A stretch of DNA of 63,685 nt, the filler included, from Lophium mytilinum (lineage: Eukaryota): assembly GCA_010093605.1 (NCBI GenBank). It is 19 parts of 5 records of this genome, joined end to end, with 100 filler letters (N's around TTAATTAATTAA, not from the genome) between each part and the next. Parts side by side here need not be neighbours in the genome. Positions count along the whole stretch, not along the records: positions 37,834 to 41,460 come from MU004192.1; positions 41,561 to 45,508 come from MU004192.1; positions 45,609 to 47,058 come from MU004192.1; positions 47,159 to 49,717 come from MU004192.1; positions 49,818 to 54,042 come from MU004192.1; positions 54,143 to 57,048 come from MU004192.1; 13 more parts are not named here. The stretch is one strand, 5' to 3'. Under the pieces are notes generated by a model that saw only the letters and a program-made list of their open reading frames with translations, was not told the origin of the DNA and searched no databases. How positions within the stretch are numbered: position 1 is the first letter of the stretch; each line of letters begins with the position of its first letter. Position numbers and translations under genes: made by a program. Positions 40,801-55,800 of this stretch are shown here, in pieces.

Positions 40801-41460
40801 AATATAACAGTTTAATAATTCTTAGAGTATAGAAGAAGTAGAAAAGATAAAGTTAGAGTTAGTTTATATATATATTTAGATAATAGGGTGCTAAGACTAG
40901 ACTCTTATTGTATCTATATAACTAAATTAGCTACTTTAGTAGTAACTATTTTATAGTAATTAATAGAATACCTATACTGCCTCTTCTCTTAAAAAGAAAC
41001 TAAAGCCCCTTCGCATTAATAGTAACCCAGCATTTATTAAGTTATTAGTATAAGATCTAGATAGTTTAGTATTAGGCTAAAAATTCTATATTTTATGCTG
41101 CTGCCTAATATATTTATATACTTAAGTATTAGAGATAATTATAAATAATACTCTATTATTAACTATTACTATATAACGGCCCGGTTTATTTATCTAAATA
41201 TATACTTAGGCGGTGCTCCCTTTTTTATAATTATTAATATTATTATAGGGTGCTATTATAATGCTTTAGGGCTTTAGCTAATTATATATAGTATAGGGAT
41301 ACTAATATTATAAGAGTATAGGCCTACACGCCTATTTTAGAATACTCTTATTTAATTTATATAATAGCTAGAACTAGGGATATATACTTTCTCTAGTAAC
41401 TTAGATATATTAAGAAGCGTAATAAATATAATAGTATTTTAGAGTATTTTCTAAATTAAG
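37834..41460 (-). repeat. Inverted copy of block C (= 27268-30894)
   Basis: Reverse-complement alignment matches at both ends and internally. Confidence 0.92.
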
Positions 41461-41560
41461 NNNNNNNNNNNNNNNNNNNNNNNNNNNNNNNNNNNNNNNN
41501 NNNNTTAATTAATTAANNNNNNNNNNNNNNNNNNNNNNNNNNNNNNNNNNNNNNNNNNNN

Positions 41561-44500
41561 ATAAATAGAACGCTACTAAAGTCTACTATATTAATAGTCT
41601 AACCTTCTATATAGACTACTATATAGCTAGAGGTTTTACTATATTTATTTAAAAACTAATTATTAATAGTACTATTAACTATTATAAAGTAAGTAGCTAC
41701 CTAGTAGTTAGCTATTACTACTCCGCCTTTAGCTATAATAGAAGTAATAACTTCTACTCTAAGTATAATACTAGTAAAGATAATAATACTAACTAAGATA
41801 GTATCTATATACTATACTTAGGCAATAATAAATTAATATACTAGCGGCTAACTATCTTAGATTATATCTATAAGGCTATTCTAGACCTTAAGAACTGCGC
41901 TAGGCTTCTTAATAGAGATAGTAATAGTAGTAATAACTTAAACGCGTAAGATAATTATAGACTATAGAATCTATATAAAAATAAGCTTAGCTAGAGAATA
42001 TAGAACTATATAGCTAAAGCGTTAGCTAAAATATAGTAAGTAGTAGAGGGCTACTATAATTAGAAATAATTAATAATAATTAAAAATAATTAGATATTCT
42101 ATAGGTGGCCCGGGTAGACTATAGTATAAGAGTTACTACTAGCACTAGTTATAGGCGCTAGCAACTTAGATAGAAGGCAGTATCTCTACTACTAATTTAA
42201 AGGTATTAGTAATCTAGAAGTTTTCTATACTTATATACTTAATTTAAAATACTAAGTTATTATTATATTTACTATAGATTATATATATAAATACTAGATA
42301 GTAATATATATAGCCTATAAGCTAATATCTTTCTAGAGCTAAATATCTACTAGCCTAATTTCTAGCACTATTAATAAGGGCTTAATAATTCTTTAGCTTC
42401 TCTATTAACCTGGTATAGAATAGGGCCTAGAGTTTTACCGGGGTATTATTATAAAAGTAGCTAAAGAACTTAACCTACTTCTAATAGCATAGTATAGACT
42501 ATTAAAAAAAGGCTTAAGTACTCTTATAATCTATAAGAAGATAGTTCTCTACTTTTACTACTTACTAGTTCTTATAAGTTATCTACTCTCTATTTACCTT
42601 ATTCTTATTAAGTATAGTTATTACTAATATATATACTACTAATTCTACTATATATAAGAGGCTTAAGCGGCTAAATTAGTAATATTATAAAACTCCCTAT
42701 CTAACTAGCGCCTCCTAGCTATTATCTAATTTTGCGCCAGCTAAGAGAGACGCGGAGTTTAACCTAGGCTACTTAATGCGCATTTAATATTACTATCTTA
42801 TAGCTATTCTATAACTAATACTTACTCTAGTAGCTATCTTCTTAGTAATACTAATACTCTTAGTAGATACCTATTAACTCTATTCTACTAGACTAGTAAT
42901 ATATTACTATCTAGCGCTCGCCTTATAGAAGAAAGTAATATACTTAGACTTAGTATCTTCTTCTATATTACCTAGATAGTACTTACCTAGAGTTAAGAGT
43001 TCTTTACTATAGCTAGTAACTGCGGTAGAAAGTTAAATACTAGAAATTAGTAAGAGGTAATACTTACTTTTAATATACGCTGTGCTATTAGAACTAGGGA
43101 AACTAGATATAACTACTAGTATATACTTAAAACTATACCTACTATAAAGATTTATACTAGCTATAAAGAATATAGAAATAATAGAAATAATTATATATAG
43201 GCTTTAGAGTTATAGTTTAAAAAAGTAAGCTATAGTCTTTAATATATAGATATATTAAGGTTCTAGGCTAATAAAATAGCCCGCCCCCTATTAGAACGCG
43301 TTGCGTGCTATTAAAGAATAATAAGTGCTATATACTAGCCTATAATTTAATATAATCTATAATAATTACTTATAATCTATAAGTTTCTATATAGGGCTAA
43401 CTAAATTTAACTAGAAATAGAGTATATATCTTCTACTAAATATAGATACTACTATAAGTTATTCTAAATACTTAGCGCCCTAAATAAATATATACTATAC
43501 TATAAAAAGCTCCTTAAGATACTATAGTAGGTTCTACTTACTAATACTAGAACTACTAGATCTATAATCTAATCTTATATACTCCGCGTTATTTAGATAA
43601 TAGATAGAATATTATTTAGAACGCCTAGATTACTACTAGTAAGTCTATCTCTACTAGCTAACCCCTATAATAAAATAGAGTATAAGATAAATAAAATAGA
43701 GCTATATATCTCTAGTAAACTAGAAGAGTACTAGAGTCTACCTTTTATAAATAGAGGCCCTATAAGCTTAATATATAATAACCTACTAGAGGCTGCTAAA
43801 TTCTATATTCTATATTAATAAGGCTAACTAATAATATTATCTATATTATTACTATAAGAGAAAGTATATTTCTCTACTAAATTAGGTATACCTATAGGGG
43901 CGTCTATTAGATAGACTAATACTAGATAGTAGATATAAGTATTATTAGGGACTACTATTCCCCCCGCCTATAAAGGCGGTATTAAAGCTTACTAACTAGT
44001 TACTCTATTATAGGGACTAATCCCCCTTCTATCTATTCTAATTAGTATTTAACTATGCTTTTATATTATAGCTTTAGTAGATTAGCTGCACTAAAAATAA
44101 TATTAACCTACTATTTAATAATATCTACCTTAAGAGTATATTCTTTAACTTTCTTATGTTTATATTAGGTAATTTANNNNNNNNNNTAGGTAGACTATAG
44201 TATAAGAGTTACTACTAGTACTAGTTATAGGCGCCGGCAACTTAGATAGAAGATAGTATCCCCGCTACTAATTTAAAGGTATTAGTAATCTAGAAATCTT
44301 CTATACCTATATACTTAATTTAAAATACTAAGTTATTATTATATTTACTATAGATTATATATATAAATACTAGATAGTAATATATATAGCCTATAAGCTA
44401 ATATCTTTCTAAGGCTAAATATCTACTAGCCTAATTTCTAGTACTATTAATAAGAGCTTAATAATTCTTTAGCTTCCCTATTAACCCGGTATAAAATAGG

Positions 44501-45508
44501 GCCTAGAGTTTTACTAGAGTATTATTATAAAAGTAGCTAAAGAACTTACTCTACTCTTAATAGCGCGGTATAGACTATTAAAAGAAGGCTTAAGTACTCT
44601 TATAATCTATAAAAAGATAGTCTTCTACTCTTACTACTTACTAGTTCTTATAAGTTATCTACTCTCTATCTACCTTATTTTTATTAAGTGCAGTTATTAC
44701 TAATATATATGCCGCTAATTCTACTATATATAAGAGGCTTAAGCGGCTAAATTAGTAATATTATAAAACTCTCTATCTAACTAGCGCCTCCTAGCTATTA
44801 TTTAATTTTGCGCTAGCTAAGAAAAATATAGAGTTTAACCTAGGCTACTTAATATATATCTAATATTACTATCTTATAGCTATTCTATAACTAGTACTTA
44901 CTCTAGCGGCCGTCTTTTTAATAACGCTGGCACCCTTAGTAGATATCTATTAACTCTATTCTACTAGACTAGTAATATATTACTACCTAGTACTTACCTT
45001 ATAAAAAAAAGTAATATACTTAGACTTAGTATCTTCTTCTATATTACCTAGATAGTACTTACCTAGAGTTAAAAGTTCTTTACTATAGCTAGTAACTATA
45101 GTAAAAAGTTAAATACTAGAAATTAGTAAGAGGTAATACTTACTTTTAATATACACCGTGCTATTAAAACTAGAAAAACTAGATATAACTACTAGTACGC
45201 GCTTAAAACTATATCTACTATAAAGGTTTATACTAGCTATAAAGAATATAGAAATAATAGAAATAATTATATATAGGCTTTAGAGTTATAGTTTAAGAAA
45301 GTAAGCTATAGTCTTTAATATATAAATGCGTTAAAGTTCTAGGCTAATAGAATAGCCCGCCCCCTATTAGAACGCGTTGCATACTATTAAAGAATAATAA
45401 GTGCTATATACTAGCCTATAATCTAATATAATCTATAATAATTACTTATAATCTATAAGTTTCTATATAGGGCTAACTAAATTTAACTAGAAATAGAGTA
45501 TATACCTT
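41561..45508 (-). repeat. Two inverted copies of block A (41561-44176; 44187-45508 duplicates ~42111-43432)
   Basis: Reverse complement of 11275-13852. The two copies differ by transitions. Confidence 0.88.
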
Positions 45509-45608
45509 NNNNNNNNNNNNNNNNNNNNNNNNNNNNNNNNNNNNNNNNNNNNTTAATTAATTAANNNNNNNNNNNNNNNNNNNNNNNNNNNNNNNNNNNN
45601 NNNNNNNN

Positions 45609-48600
45609 TAATAGTTAGACTATAACCTACTAAAGCCTTTTAATCTAGAGGACTTTTAGCACTTAGTTAATCTATATATAATAGAACTTACTAACTATAG
45701 AACTAATTTAGAGATAAGTAAAGTATTTAAGTTAGAATTTAAGCCTAATGCGGATAATATAGAGAAGAAGAATATAGAGATAGAGGTAGATAAGATAGGT
45801 AATATTAAAGTAGAGATAGAGGTAGATAATATAGAGATAGAGAATAGCAGGTAGAAGGCTTCTCTTAAGTATACTTAAGTTATATAGTAGGTAGTATATA
45901 TAGTTAGTCTAGACCTCTAAATATAGTAGTTTATTCTATAATAGCGTTTATATTTAAGTATAAGATATAATAGGGTTTTAAAAATATTAATATATAAGTT
46001 AATTACTAGTAATTTAATTTTTCTTACTATCTATATACTTAACCCTTCTTTTTTATAGATTATTAATTATAATTAGAGATTATATATATCTCCCTTTTAT
46101 AATTAGAGTTAGCCCGCTACTTATATTATCTTACCTATCTTAATTCTATTATACCCCTTCTTATTAAGTAGGGCTACTACTTATTTAAATACTACGCAGG
46201 TATATATAAGTTAGTTATACTAGTTAAGATTTACGCCCTATAAACTATTTAAAGTAATACCTAGAGTAGCTAATATTAGGGGCTACATTCCTAATAATAT
46301 TAAAAGGTATTCTATTAGTAGACCTACTACCCCGTTTAATAGACCTAAATTCTTCCTCTAATTCTAAAGTAATATATATTATTCTTTACCTTTAGGCCCT
46401 AATACTAGAAGACTACCCTTTATAGAGCCTAGTATTATCTATAGCTTCTACTCTATTACCTTTAATACTTAATATAATTAATTATAATTAGAGATTATCG
46501 CCCTCTTATAATAGTATAAAGTCTATCTTAACTATCTAACTTTTTAGACTATATAGTATTATCTATTACCTAAGCTAAGGCTATAAATCTACTTTACCTA
46601 GTAGGCGCGTATTATATTATAGCTAGTAAAGACCTTTACCTTCTCTACTAATAACTAAGTAGGCTAGTAAGTAAAACCTAACTCTAACCTTACTCTTATA
46701 TATAAGCCTTACTATACTCTTTCTTACTATATTATTAATAGCTTAATAGCCTAAGTTACTATAACCCCGCTACTATAATAGAGTAGATAGTAGTCTACTA
46801 GAATAGACTAGTAGATCTTACTATTACTATCTATATTAATAGCTATATAGACTACTTTAAAGCGCTATATACTATATATAGTAGAGATAACCTAGAGAAA
46901 GCTACTATATTCTTCTAGCGCCCTTAGAAAGATATTACTAACTTTAAAGTTAAATATAATATACTTATCTAGTCTATATATAAGTATTTATTATATCTAG
47001 TTTTAAGTTAAAAATTAGGTAATATAAAGGGCGGCTAGTCTAATAAGCTAGAGATAAANNNNNNNNNNNNNNNNNNNNNNNNNNNNNNNNNNNNNNNNNN
47101 NNTTAATTAATTAANNNNNNNNNNNNNNNNNNNNNNNNNNNNNNNNNNNNNNNNNNNNTACTAGAGGTAGTAAAGAAGGCCTATAGAAATAGCTCTAAAA
47201 GCTTCTTTATTAAAAATTAGGCCTATATAAGTCTATCTACTACTTTTCTACCTATATCTACTAACTATTTACTAGTATAAGAAGCTTATAGTACCTATAG
47301 TTCTAGATAAGAGCGGCTTTAAATACTCTAGAGGTAAAGAAGATATAGTAGTATAGCTATATAAGAGCTATAGACTCTAAGTTAATATATCTATAAATAT
47401 ACTTAATATTACTAGTAGTATAGCACTAATTATATATATAAGCTATACTTTAATATCTACTCTACTAAGTATATTCTAATCTATAATTATTAATATAGAT
47501 ATTAAAAAGACCTTCTACTACTACTAAGATTTAAAATATACGCTACTACTATATATAAAAAGATTATATATTTACTAATCTATATTTAGTTCTCTTACTA
47601 ATATATACCTACTTTATTAACTCTAAAGATAGTTCTATATTTAAAGTTAGTCTTATAAACCTAATATTATTCTACTTAAATTATACTACCTTAGATAAGA
47701 CTATTAGCTGCTATGCAGCTATATATAGGGAGAAAGGGAAGAAAGATAACTATAATCTCTAACTAGAAGTCTAAATTTATACTAAGTATATTCTTATAGT
47801 TAAGCTATAGATCTTAATATTCTAGAAGACTAGAAGTATATAAGCAGCGCTATTATTACTAGAGACCTATATTTTTATAGATAAGCTATAGACCTTAATA
47901 TACTAGAAGACTAGAGGTATATAAGAGGCGCTATTATTACTAAAGACCTTAGTAATAGCTAAGGCTAAAGAAAAGAACTTAGAAATAGTAGTATTAGGAT
48001 AAAAGACTTAAGGTGCAACCTTAAAGAATAAATATAAAGCACTACCTAATAAACTAGAGCCTATAGACTTTATAGAAGATAAAGATAAATTAGATATATA
48101 CTACTTTAATAATAGAAAGAACTAGATAGAGAAAGTTAACTAGAATAAAGAAAATACTATAAAGGAGGTATTATCTATAGAAGACCTAGATAGCTTAAAG
48201 GTAGTAGAGGCGGCCTTATATAAGGCTAAAATAGGCCTAATTATAGCTTAGACTAGTATTAAGAAGGCCTTAGAAATTATATATACTTATATAGTAAAAG
48301 ATAAAAAGAAGAATACTAACTCTACTATCTTCTACTCCCCTAATATTATCTAAAAGACGCCTAAAAGTAGATATAAAAGGCGTATATACTTAGTATAGTA
48401 AGTATTTTCTTAAGAAATTACTAATTTTCTAGTATATATATAGATAGAAAGCGGCCTTAAATAGAACTATATAAGTCTATCTATATATACTCTCTATATA
48501 TCTTCTATACTCTTATACTACTACTAAGTTAACTTTTAATAGATGCATAGTATATATATATACTTTATATCTTAAAGCCTATCTCTACTCTAAGCTTTAA

Positions 48601-49717
48601 CTTAGAAACTACTTATCTACCTACTTTTAATATAAACCCTCTAAACTATATATACTTAAAAATACTACTAGTCTTATAATACCTATTTAGAGATATTCTA
48701 TAGTTATAATACCTAGTATATTAAGCTATAATATAAGGAATTAAACCTAAAGCTAATTAAAAATAACTATTAGTAATAATAGTATACTACTATAAAGATG
48801 CACTTATATAAGATTTTAATAGTATACTTAAGAAAAAAGTATATAGTAACTATTAGTTAAAATATATACGCCTAAGCCTTAAATTTCTAGCGCCTACCTA
48901 TATATATAATAGAACTATTCTTCTCTATTCTATAGATATAAAAGCCTGCCCTATATCTCTTTCTCTATACTATAGAATAGTAGAAGGTAGTAAGAGTTAA
49001 AAAGATAGAAGAGTTATAGTAGAGATTAACTTAAGGCTAACTATTTAGAATATAGTAGGTATTAAAATTATATATACTAATAAATTATAGTAAAGACTAA
49101 AGCTAGTAGAAACTTATTTAAAAAGCTAGAATATAGAGAATAAAAGGTAGTGCGCAGGTATAGCTTACTAATAGTATTTACTATAATAGAAAGCTAATAG
49201 CACACTAATATCTAGATTAGTAGTTAGACTAGTATAATTTTATAGAGCTATATTAGGTAAAGATAATATACTCTAGTATTACTAGCTTATATTATCTACT
49301 AAGCTTCTCTATTTTTTCCGCTCTACTTTATAAGCTTTTTTATCTACTAGGTTTCTCTATTTCTTCTACTCTACTCTATAGAATTTTTTTTCTACTAAGT
49401 TTTTCTATTCCTCCCGCTCTACTCTATATAATAGTGCCTTAGTTCTAGTATAATCTTTTATATATATAGCTTTTAATCTTTCTAACTACTATATGCAACT
49501 ATATATCTATATTTTCTACTAGCTTTTAACTCTACTCTAACTACTACTTCTCTAGCTCTACTTTCCTTAGAAAATAAGCGGGTAGATAGAATATATACTC
49601 TATTACTAGCGCTAGATATACTTTAATCTAGTATTATAGGGATAACCTAGCCCTTATATATACTAGTAATAGATAACTATCTACTATATAATAATATAGT
49701 AGAGAGAGGGAAAATAA
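45609..49717. other. Unclassified RIP-degraded coding relics (probable TE fragments)
   Basis: Same RIP composition, with short internal duplications (47802-47950, period ~81; 49286-49425, period ~50). No diagnostic motif recognised. Confidence 0.35.
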
Positions 49718-50379
49718 NNNNNNNNNNNNNNNNNNNNNNNNNNNNNNNNNNNNNNNNNNNNTTAATTAATTAANNNNNNNNNNNNNNNNNNNNNNNNNNN
49801 NNNNNNNNNNNNNNNNNCTATTAACTATTTTATCTTATTTAAGTAGTCTTCTATAGTTAAAAACTTAGATAAAATAGTATTAAATAGTTCCTTATAAATA
49901 AGGAATTTAGAACTAAAGCCCTTTAGGCTATATAGCTTCTTTAGTAGCTTCTAAGCTTCTATTATAGTAGTAGAATACTATAATTGTAATAGAGGGCCGT
50001 CCTCTATAGTAAGCCTAATAGTGGCTAATACTTTTGCATTGTTTTCCTTATTAATAGGAATAGTAGTGCTGCTAATAGTATTACTACAACTTTTTTCTAC
50101 TAAGAGAGATTGTACTCTTAGAGCCTAAACTTTATAGTTAGATTAACTAACTAGCTTAGTAATACTAATTTTATCCATTTTAGATTAAATAGATAGATAG
50201 ATAGCCCGTTAGGTAAATAGATAGATAGATAAATAGATAAATAGATGGATTTCTATATATCTATAGATTTTTGTTTAAATAGATAGATTTCTAGCTATCT
50301 ATGTATTTAATGAATAGATAGATAGATAGAAAGAGAAATATTTCGATTTTTAATCGATTTATCTTCTTATATTAGATAA

Positions 50380-50800
50380 GATAATAGGATAAAAGGTTAT
50401 AATCTAATCTAGAGTATCTAGATTTAATACGTAATAGATAATAGAGGTTGAAAGGTTAATTGCGTGGTTTATAATGTAATATAAGCTTATAGAAGCTTTA
50501 TAATAGTAAATATAAATTTCTTTAGTCTGATTTTATTTGTAATGGATTTGTAATTCTAGATCGCGTTCTAGCTGTTATATAGCGGGTTTATAGTTAATAA
50601 CTTTGTCTTCTTCTTTAATTTTAGCTTCGTTTTTGGCTATTTCGGCTTCGTTTTAAGCTTGAAACCACTTGTACGGTGGTGTAGTAGGTTTGTATGCTAG
50701 TAATAGTAAATAAGATAATAAACGGCGTTGTTTTTGTCCAATATTTAGTCGATTTAGATGATTCTCGTCGATATTTTGTTGATTTTAAGATGGAACCTGC
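50380..50800 (-). pseudogene. Lightly mutated unidentified coding exon relic
   Basis: The - strand has CTAACAG (branch/acceptor-like) at ~50801-50807, then a frame NQQNIDENHLNRLNIGQKQRR...PPYKWFQA*NEAEIAKNEAKIKEEDK... with few CAA->TAA-type stops. CA/TG dinucleotides are retained. Confidence 0.5.
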
Positions 50801-50854
50801 CTGTTAGTGCTTTGTATAGCTGTAGATTGCGTGGTGCAATCCGGGCTTATAACC

Positions 50855-52119
50855 TATTAAAGGTATAGAGTTAATGGGAGAATAGATAGATAGATAGATA
50901 GATAGGAATTATATTACTTAAGTTCTATTCTATATTAACAGTAATAGAGTTGTATATATACAGCAATTAATGCATTATAAAACATTTCTCTAACATTCTT
51001 ATAATGTTATCTAACGTTCGTTGTATTACGTTTAAACGCTTACGGTTTCGTCCTGTTTAAAGGCTTTTAAGCCTATTATGCGTAAGGATATAACGCTTAT
51101 GCTATTGTAATCCTTATATATATAAGTTTAGACTACTTATCTTTTTTATTAATACACCTATTGCGGCGCGGCCTTAGTTAGATAGAGTCCGTATATAAAT
51201 AGATAAATAGATGGATAGGAATTATATTACTTGAGTTCTATTCTATACTAATAGCAATGGAGTTGTATATATACGCTATTTAAAACATTATAAAACGCTT
51301 CTCGAACGTTTTTATAATATTATTTAATGTTTATTATATTATATTTAAACGCTTACAATTTTTTTTCCGTTTAAAAGCTTTCAAGCCTATTATGCGTAAG
51401 GATATAACGCTTATACTATTATAAAACTTACTTATATTATATAGTATAGCTTAAGTTTTATCTAATTGCAGTTAGACGTACACTATTCTATTTAACTTAA
51501 TAAGCTATATATAATGCGCCTAATACTAGACCATCTAATAGATTCTAAAATAAAAGCTAGAAAAGAAAATCTATTTTCTTATCTATGTAGAATAGATAGA
51601 TAGATAGATAGATAGTTAGACTATAAGTAGATAAATAGCAAGTAGAAAGATAGCAAGTAGATAGGTAGTAAGTAGATAGATAGTAAGTATATAGATAGTA
51701 AGTAGATAGATAGTAAATAGATAGATAGATAGATAGTAGAGAGCTATCTAATATACTCTTTCCTTTTTTCACGTATATTTACTATAATCTATGCTAGAAA
51801 CTTTTATAAGTACTTTACTTAAAATTTAATAAGGTAATAAATCTATTTAATATATCTTTTAAGGCTTATTAGAGTATATAACTATAAGGATTAAAATAGC
51901 ATAAGCGTTATATCCTTACGCATAATAGGCTTAAAAGCCATTAAAGGGAACGAAACCGTGAGCGTTTAAACGTGATACAATAAACATTAGAGAAACGTTT
52001 TATAATGCATTAAATGCTGTATATATACAACTCCGTTGCTATTAATATAGAATAGAACTCAAGTAATATAATCTATCTATCTATCTATCTATTCTCCTAT
52101 TAACTCTATACCTTTAATA
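50855..52119. mobile_element. Non-coding element with ~240-260-bp terminal inverted repeats (foldback/MITE-like)
   Basis: 50855-51118 is the reverse complement of ~51883-52119. A third, direct, diverged copy lies at ~51200-51425. Flanks read ATAACC / ATAACT. Confidence 0.65.
51585..51740. repeat. Degenerate (AGAT)n / AGTAGATAGATAGTA microsatellite
   Basis: Directly visible. Related (AGAT)n tracts at 50189-50330, 50882-50904 and 52071-52091. Confidence 0.88.
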
Positions 52120-52849
52120 ATAACTACTTCTATACTCTTATAAAGCTTTGTTACTATAAAATTGCTTTACTAACTCTTATAGAGAATATATATATATAGA
52201 GAGAGAGAGAGATAGCCTAGCTTAGGAATAACTTAAGATATAATATTAAAATAGCTTATTCTATAATAGATATAATAGATCTACTACTTGTCCCTAATAG
52301 CTATATAAAGATATAAAGACTACATAGCGCTATCTTATATACTACCTTATAGCCTTTACCTAGTTTTTTAAGCTAGGGATTAGCATAAAGTAATCTAATT
52401 TTTATATTTAGCTTAAGTTTACTATTAGAAGGCTCCTACTATTTTAATGTAGTACTATGTCTTTTACTAGAGCTTTCTATTAAAGTGCATGAATACTATT
52501 AAGATAAAAGTATAAAATTATCTAGTTAAGAAAGTTTACCTAGGCCGCACCTTATATAGTGTAGTATACTGTCTTCTCTAAGATTATATATACGCTACTC
52601 TTAGTAGAGCTACTAAGTAAGGAAGGCGGTGGCAGAATAATTACATTAACTTATAGCTAATTCTCTTTACACCGTTGCATGTACTAATAACCTTACTATT
52701 AAAAACGTTGTATTTTTCTATTATATATATAATAAGAGTTATAGAGCTTATAATTTTCTATTAATCGCGCTTAAAATCTTTAAATTTAGAGTTATTTTAA
52801 GTTATAGAGCCTAGGTATTAAATTTACTTTTAGGGAAATATACTGCTAG

Positions 52850-55800
52850 CGTATAGATATATTAATAATAATAAACCCCTTTTCTATTATAACTTAACTC
52901 TCACGCCTTAACTCTATTAATTTTCTTCTAATTTACTTAATTTTTATTATCTCTTCTTACTGCCATGCCTCTTAAATAGCTAGACTCTAATACTATTAAT
53001 AGAAGGTCTTATATCTATCTATTTAAGTTAGAAATTCCTTTAAAGGGGCTAAAAAGAAAGCTAATTAAGAAATATTCTATTAAATAAACTTAGCCTATTA
53101 AAAAGATTAGAAGATTTTTTAGTATATAGAAAAAGCTAGAAATTCTTATCTAGTAGCACTAATACTATATAGAGGTATAGCCTAGTAAGCTAGGCTATAT
53201 TACTCTAGGCTCTCTTCTCTAGCGCCTAGAATTAAACTATTATTCTCTAATAGTAATTAAGATAGCTACTTTTTAAAAGGTTTCTTCTAGCACTATATAC
53301 TTCTAGCCTAAATAGTAAGAGGCCCTTTTTAATACTTTACGCAGCAGCCGTATAGTAGGTAGAACTATCTAGCTAGATAAGTAGAAGAAGCTAGAGGAAC
53401 GCCTATATACTAGATTTATAGAAAAAAGAATAAAAAAGCTTTAGATTTAAGTATATTAGTTTTAATAGTATTTTAAGGCTATATTTAAAGAGCTATATCT
53501 AGAGCTTATTATTATAGACTATAAAAGGTAAGATATAGAGTATAGTATTAAATAAGAAATAGGGTATATTTATAAAGATAAAGTTATATAGAGGTAGAGG
53601 TTCTATATAGTATAGGCTAAATATAGGCTAGAGGTATAAAACTGCGCTAGTATATAGGCTTATATAATATAGCTAAGGGTATATAATATATATAGAGCTA
53701 GATCTATTATACTATTTTTCCTAAATAAAAAAGAAAGGCTATAGAAAGAAAAGGCTATATAGTAAGACTATAGACTAAGAAAAATAAAATACTAAGAAAA
53801 TATAGTTATAAGTAATTAAATAGAAATTATATAAGAAAGGGGCGTACTTATAGCGTTATAAAGGTAGGCGTTCCTATTAAGATAGCTTAGCTAGCTAGAT
53901 ATAGTAGAGAATTTAGGTTTTAGTTAAGTTATAAATAATATTATAATATTACTGCGCAAGATATATATATAAAGTTAGAGTTAATAGGTACGCGCATTAT
54001 AGAGGTTAAGCGCGCGCTTATTAAGAACTTACTACTAATTAGNNNNNNNNNNNNNNNNNNNNNNNNNNNNNNNNNNNNNNNNNNNNTTAATTAATTAANN
54101 NNNNNNNNNNNNNNNNNNNNNNNNNNNNNNNNNNNNNNNNNNAGAGTAACTAGTAATAGAAGTATTATAAGAGAGACTAAGTAGCTTAGTATATAGCTAG
54201 TTATAGGCTAGTATATATAAATAATTATAATAGTATAGTTAGTTATTCTATACTTTAAATCTATTAATATTAAGGTTACTAATAAGGTTATAGAGAGCTT
54301 TTAAAATAGAGTAGGCCCCGCTCTAGATAAGGTCTATAAGTTTATAGAGTATAGAGTTATATAGAGGTTTAGATTAAAAAGAGTATATATAGGCCTTATT
54401 AATAAGGTATTATAAATTATTATTATTATAGTTAATATTATTGCTATTATTATTACCTTAAGCTAGCTATACTATAATAATCTTATTAGCGGCTATAATA
54501 TCCTTATTAGTTAATAGAGCTATAAAAATCTTATTAGCATTACTAGGTAGCGCTGTAAAGTTCTTATTAGCGCTTCTATTACTATTACTATTATTACTAG
54601 TATAGTTATAGCTATATAGCCTAGCGGGGGCAAGTTATAGAAATAAGAGAAAGAGAAAATATATTTTAAGAGAGAATTATAGTAAGGTTATTAGAAGAGG
54701 TTTAAGCTCTTTAGTATAAGAAAGTAATCTATTTTAGTAAAGTATATAGAATAGCCTAAGAGGGCTAGACTTACTTAGCTTAGTATTATTTAGTAAGAGT
54801 AAGGCTAATTTACTATTTAGTATAACTTTTAGTCTAAGATTATAAGACTTAAGTACGGTTTAATATTAAAATTAATTTTATAGATTATTAGGCCCGTAAG
54901 GTAGATCTTATAAGTAGCGCGTAAGGCTATTAGGTTTACCTTCTAGTACGCCGGGGCGGTATATAATCTTAAAGTTAAACCTAGTAAGAAATTTAGCCTA
55001 ATAGGCTTAATATTAATTAAGCTTCTTAGTAGTTATAAACTATTTAAGATTATAGTAGTCTATAAGAATATTAGTTAGATCTTTAGAGTTAGCGCTAGTA
55101 AGCTCTAGCTACTATTTTTTAAAAGCTTTAATAATAGTAAGTAATTCTTTATTATAGATCTTATAGTTGTATTTAGCTAGTAATATTTTAAAGAAGAAGT
55201 AGATAACTAGATATAGAAGGCTATTAGGCCTAATTTAGAATATAATGCTAGCTATTATATAGTTAGATGCGTCTATTTTAAAGAAAACTTTCTTACTATA
55301 TTAAAAGTATATAAAAATAGATACTTCTATAAATACTTTTTTAAGCGCGCGGAAGCCCTTTTTATAGGCTTCTATCTATAAGAAATATAGTTTCTTCTAT
55401 TCTTTTTAGAGCTTTATTATATTAGTAAGAGGCTTAATAATTTATAAGAACCTATAGATAAATTATTAGTAGAAATTAGATAGTCTAATAAAGGCTTAGA
55501 CGTTCTTAATATAATTTAGTATACTCTATTTAAGAATAGTAGTAACTTTCTCTAGATCTATATAAATTCTGTTTATAGAAATAATTAACCCTAGGTAGGC
55601 AACTTTCTTTTAATTAAACGCGTACTTAGATAAGTTAATATATAGACCTACTACTTTTAGGCATTTAAAAATAGTAGCTATATAGGCCTTATAATCCTCT
55701 TTTAAACCTTCTATATAGATAAGAATATTATCTAGATATACTATATAGAATTTATTAAGAAAATTATATAGCGTATAGTTAATAAAAAACTAGAAAGTTC

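Noticed and set aside
45609..47058. Possible MULE-like transposase fragment
   Set aside because: Only a vague motif resemblance; no catalytic residues or TIRs could be confirmed.
51557..51772. 71-aa ORF (YLST repeats) as a gene
   Set aside because: It is a translation of an AGAT-type microsatellite.
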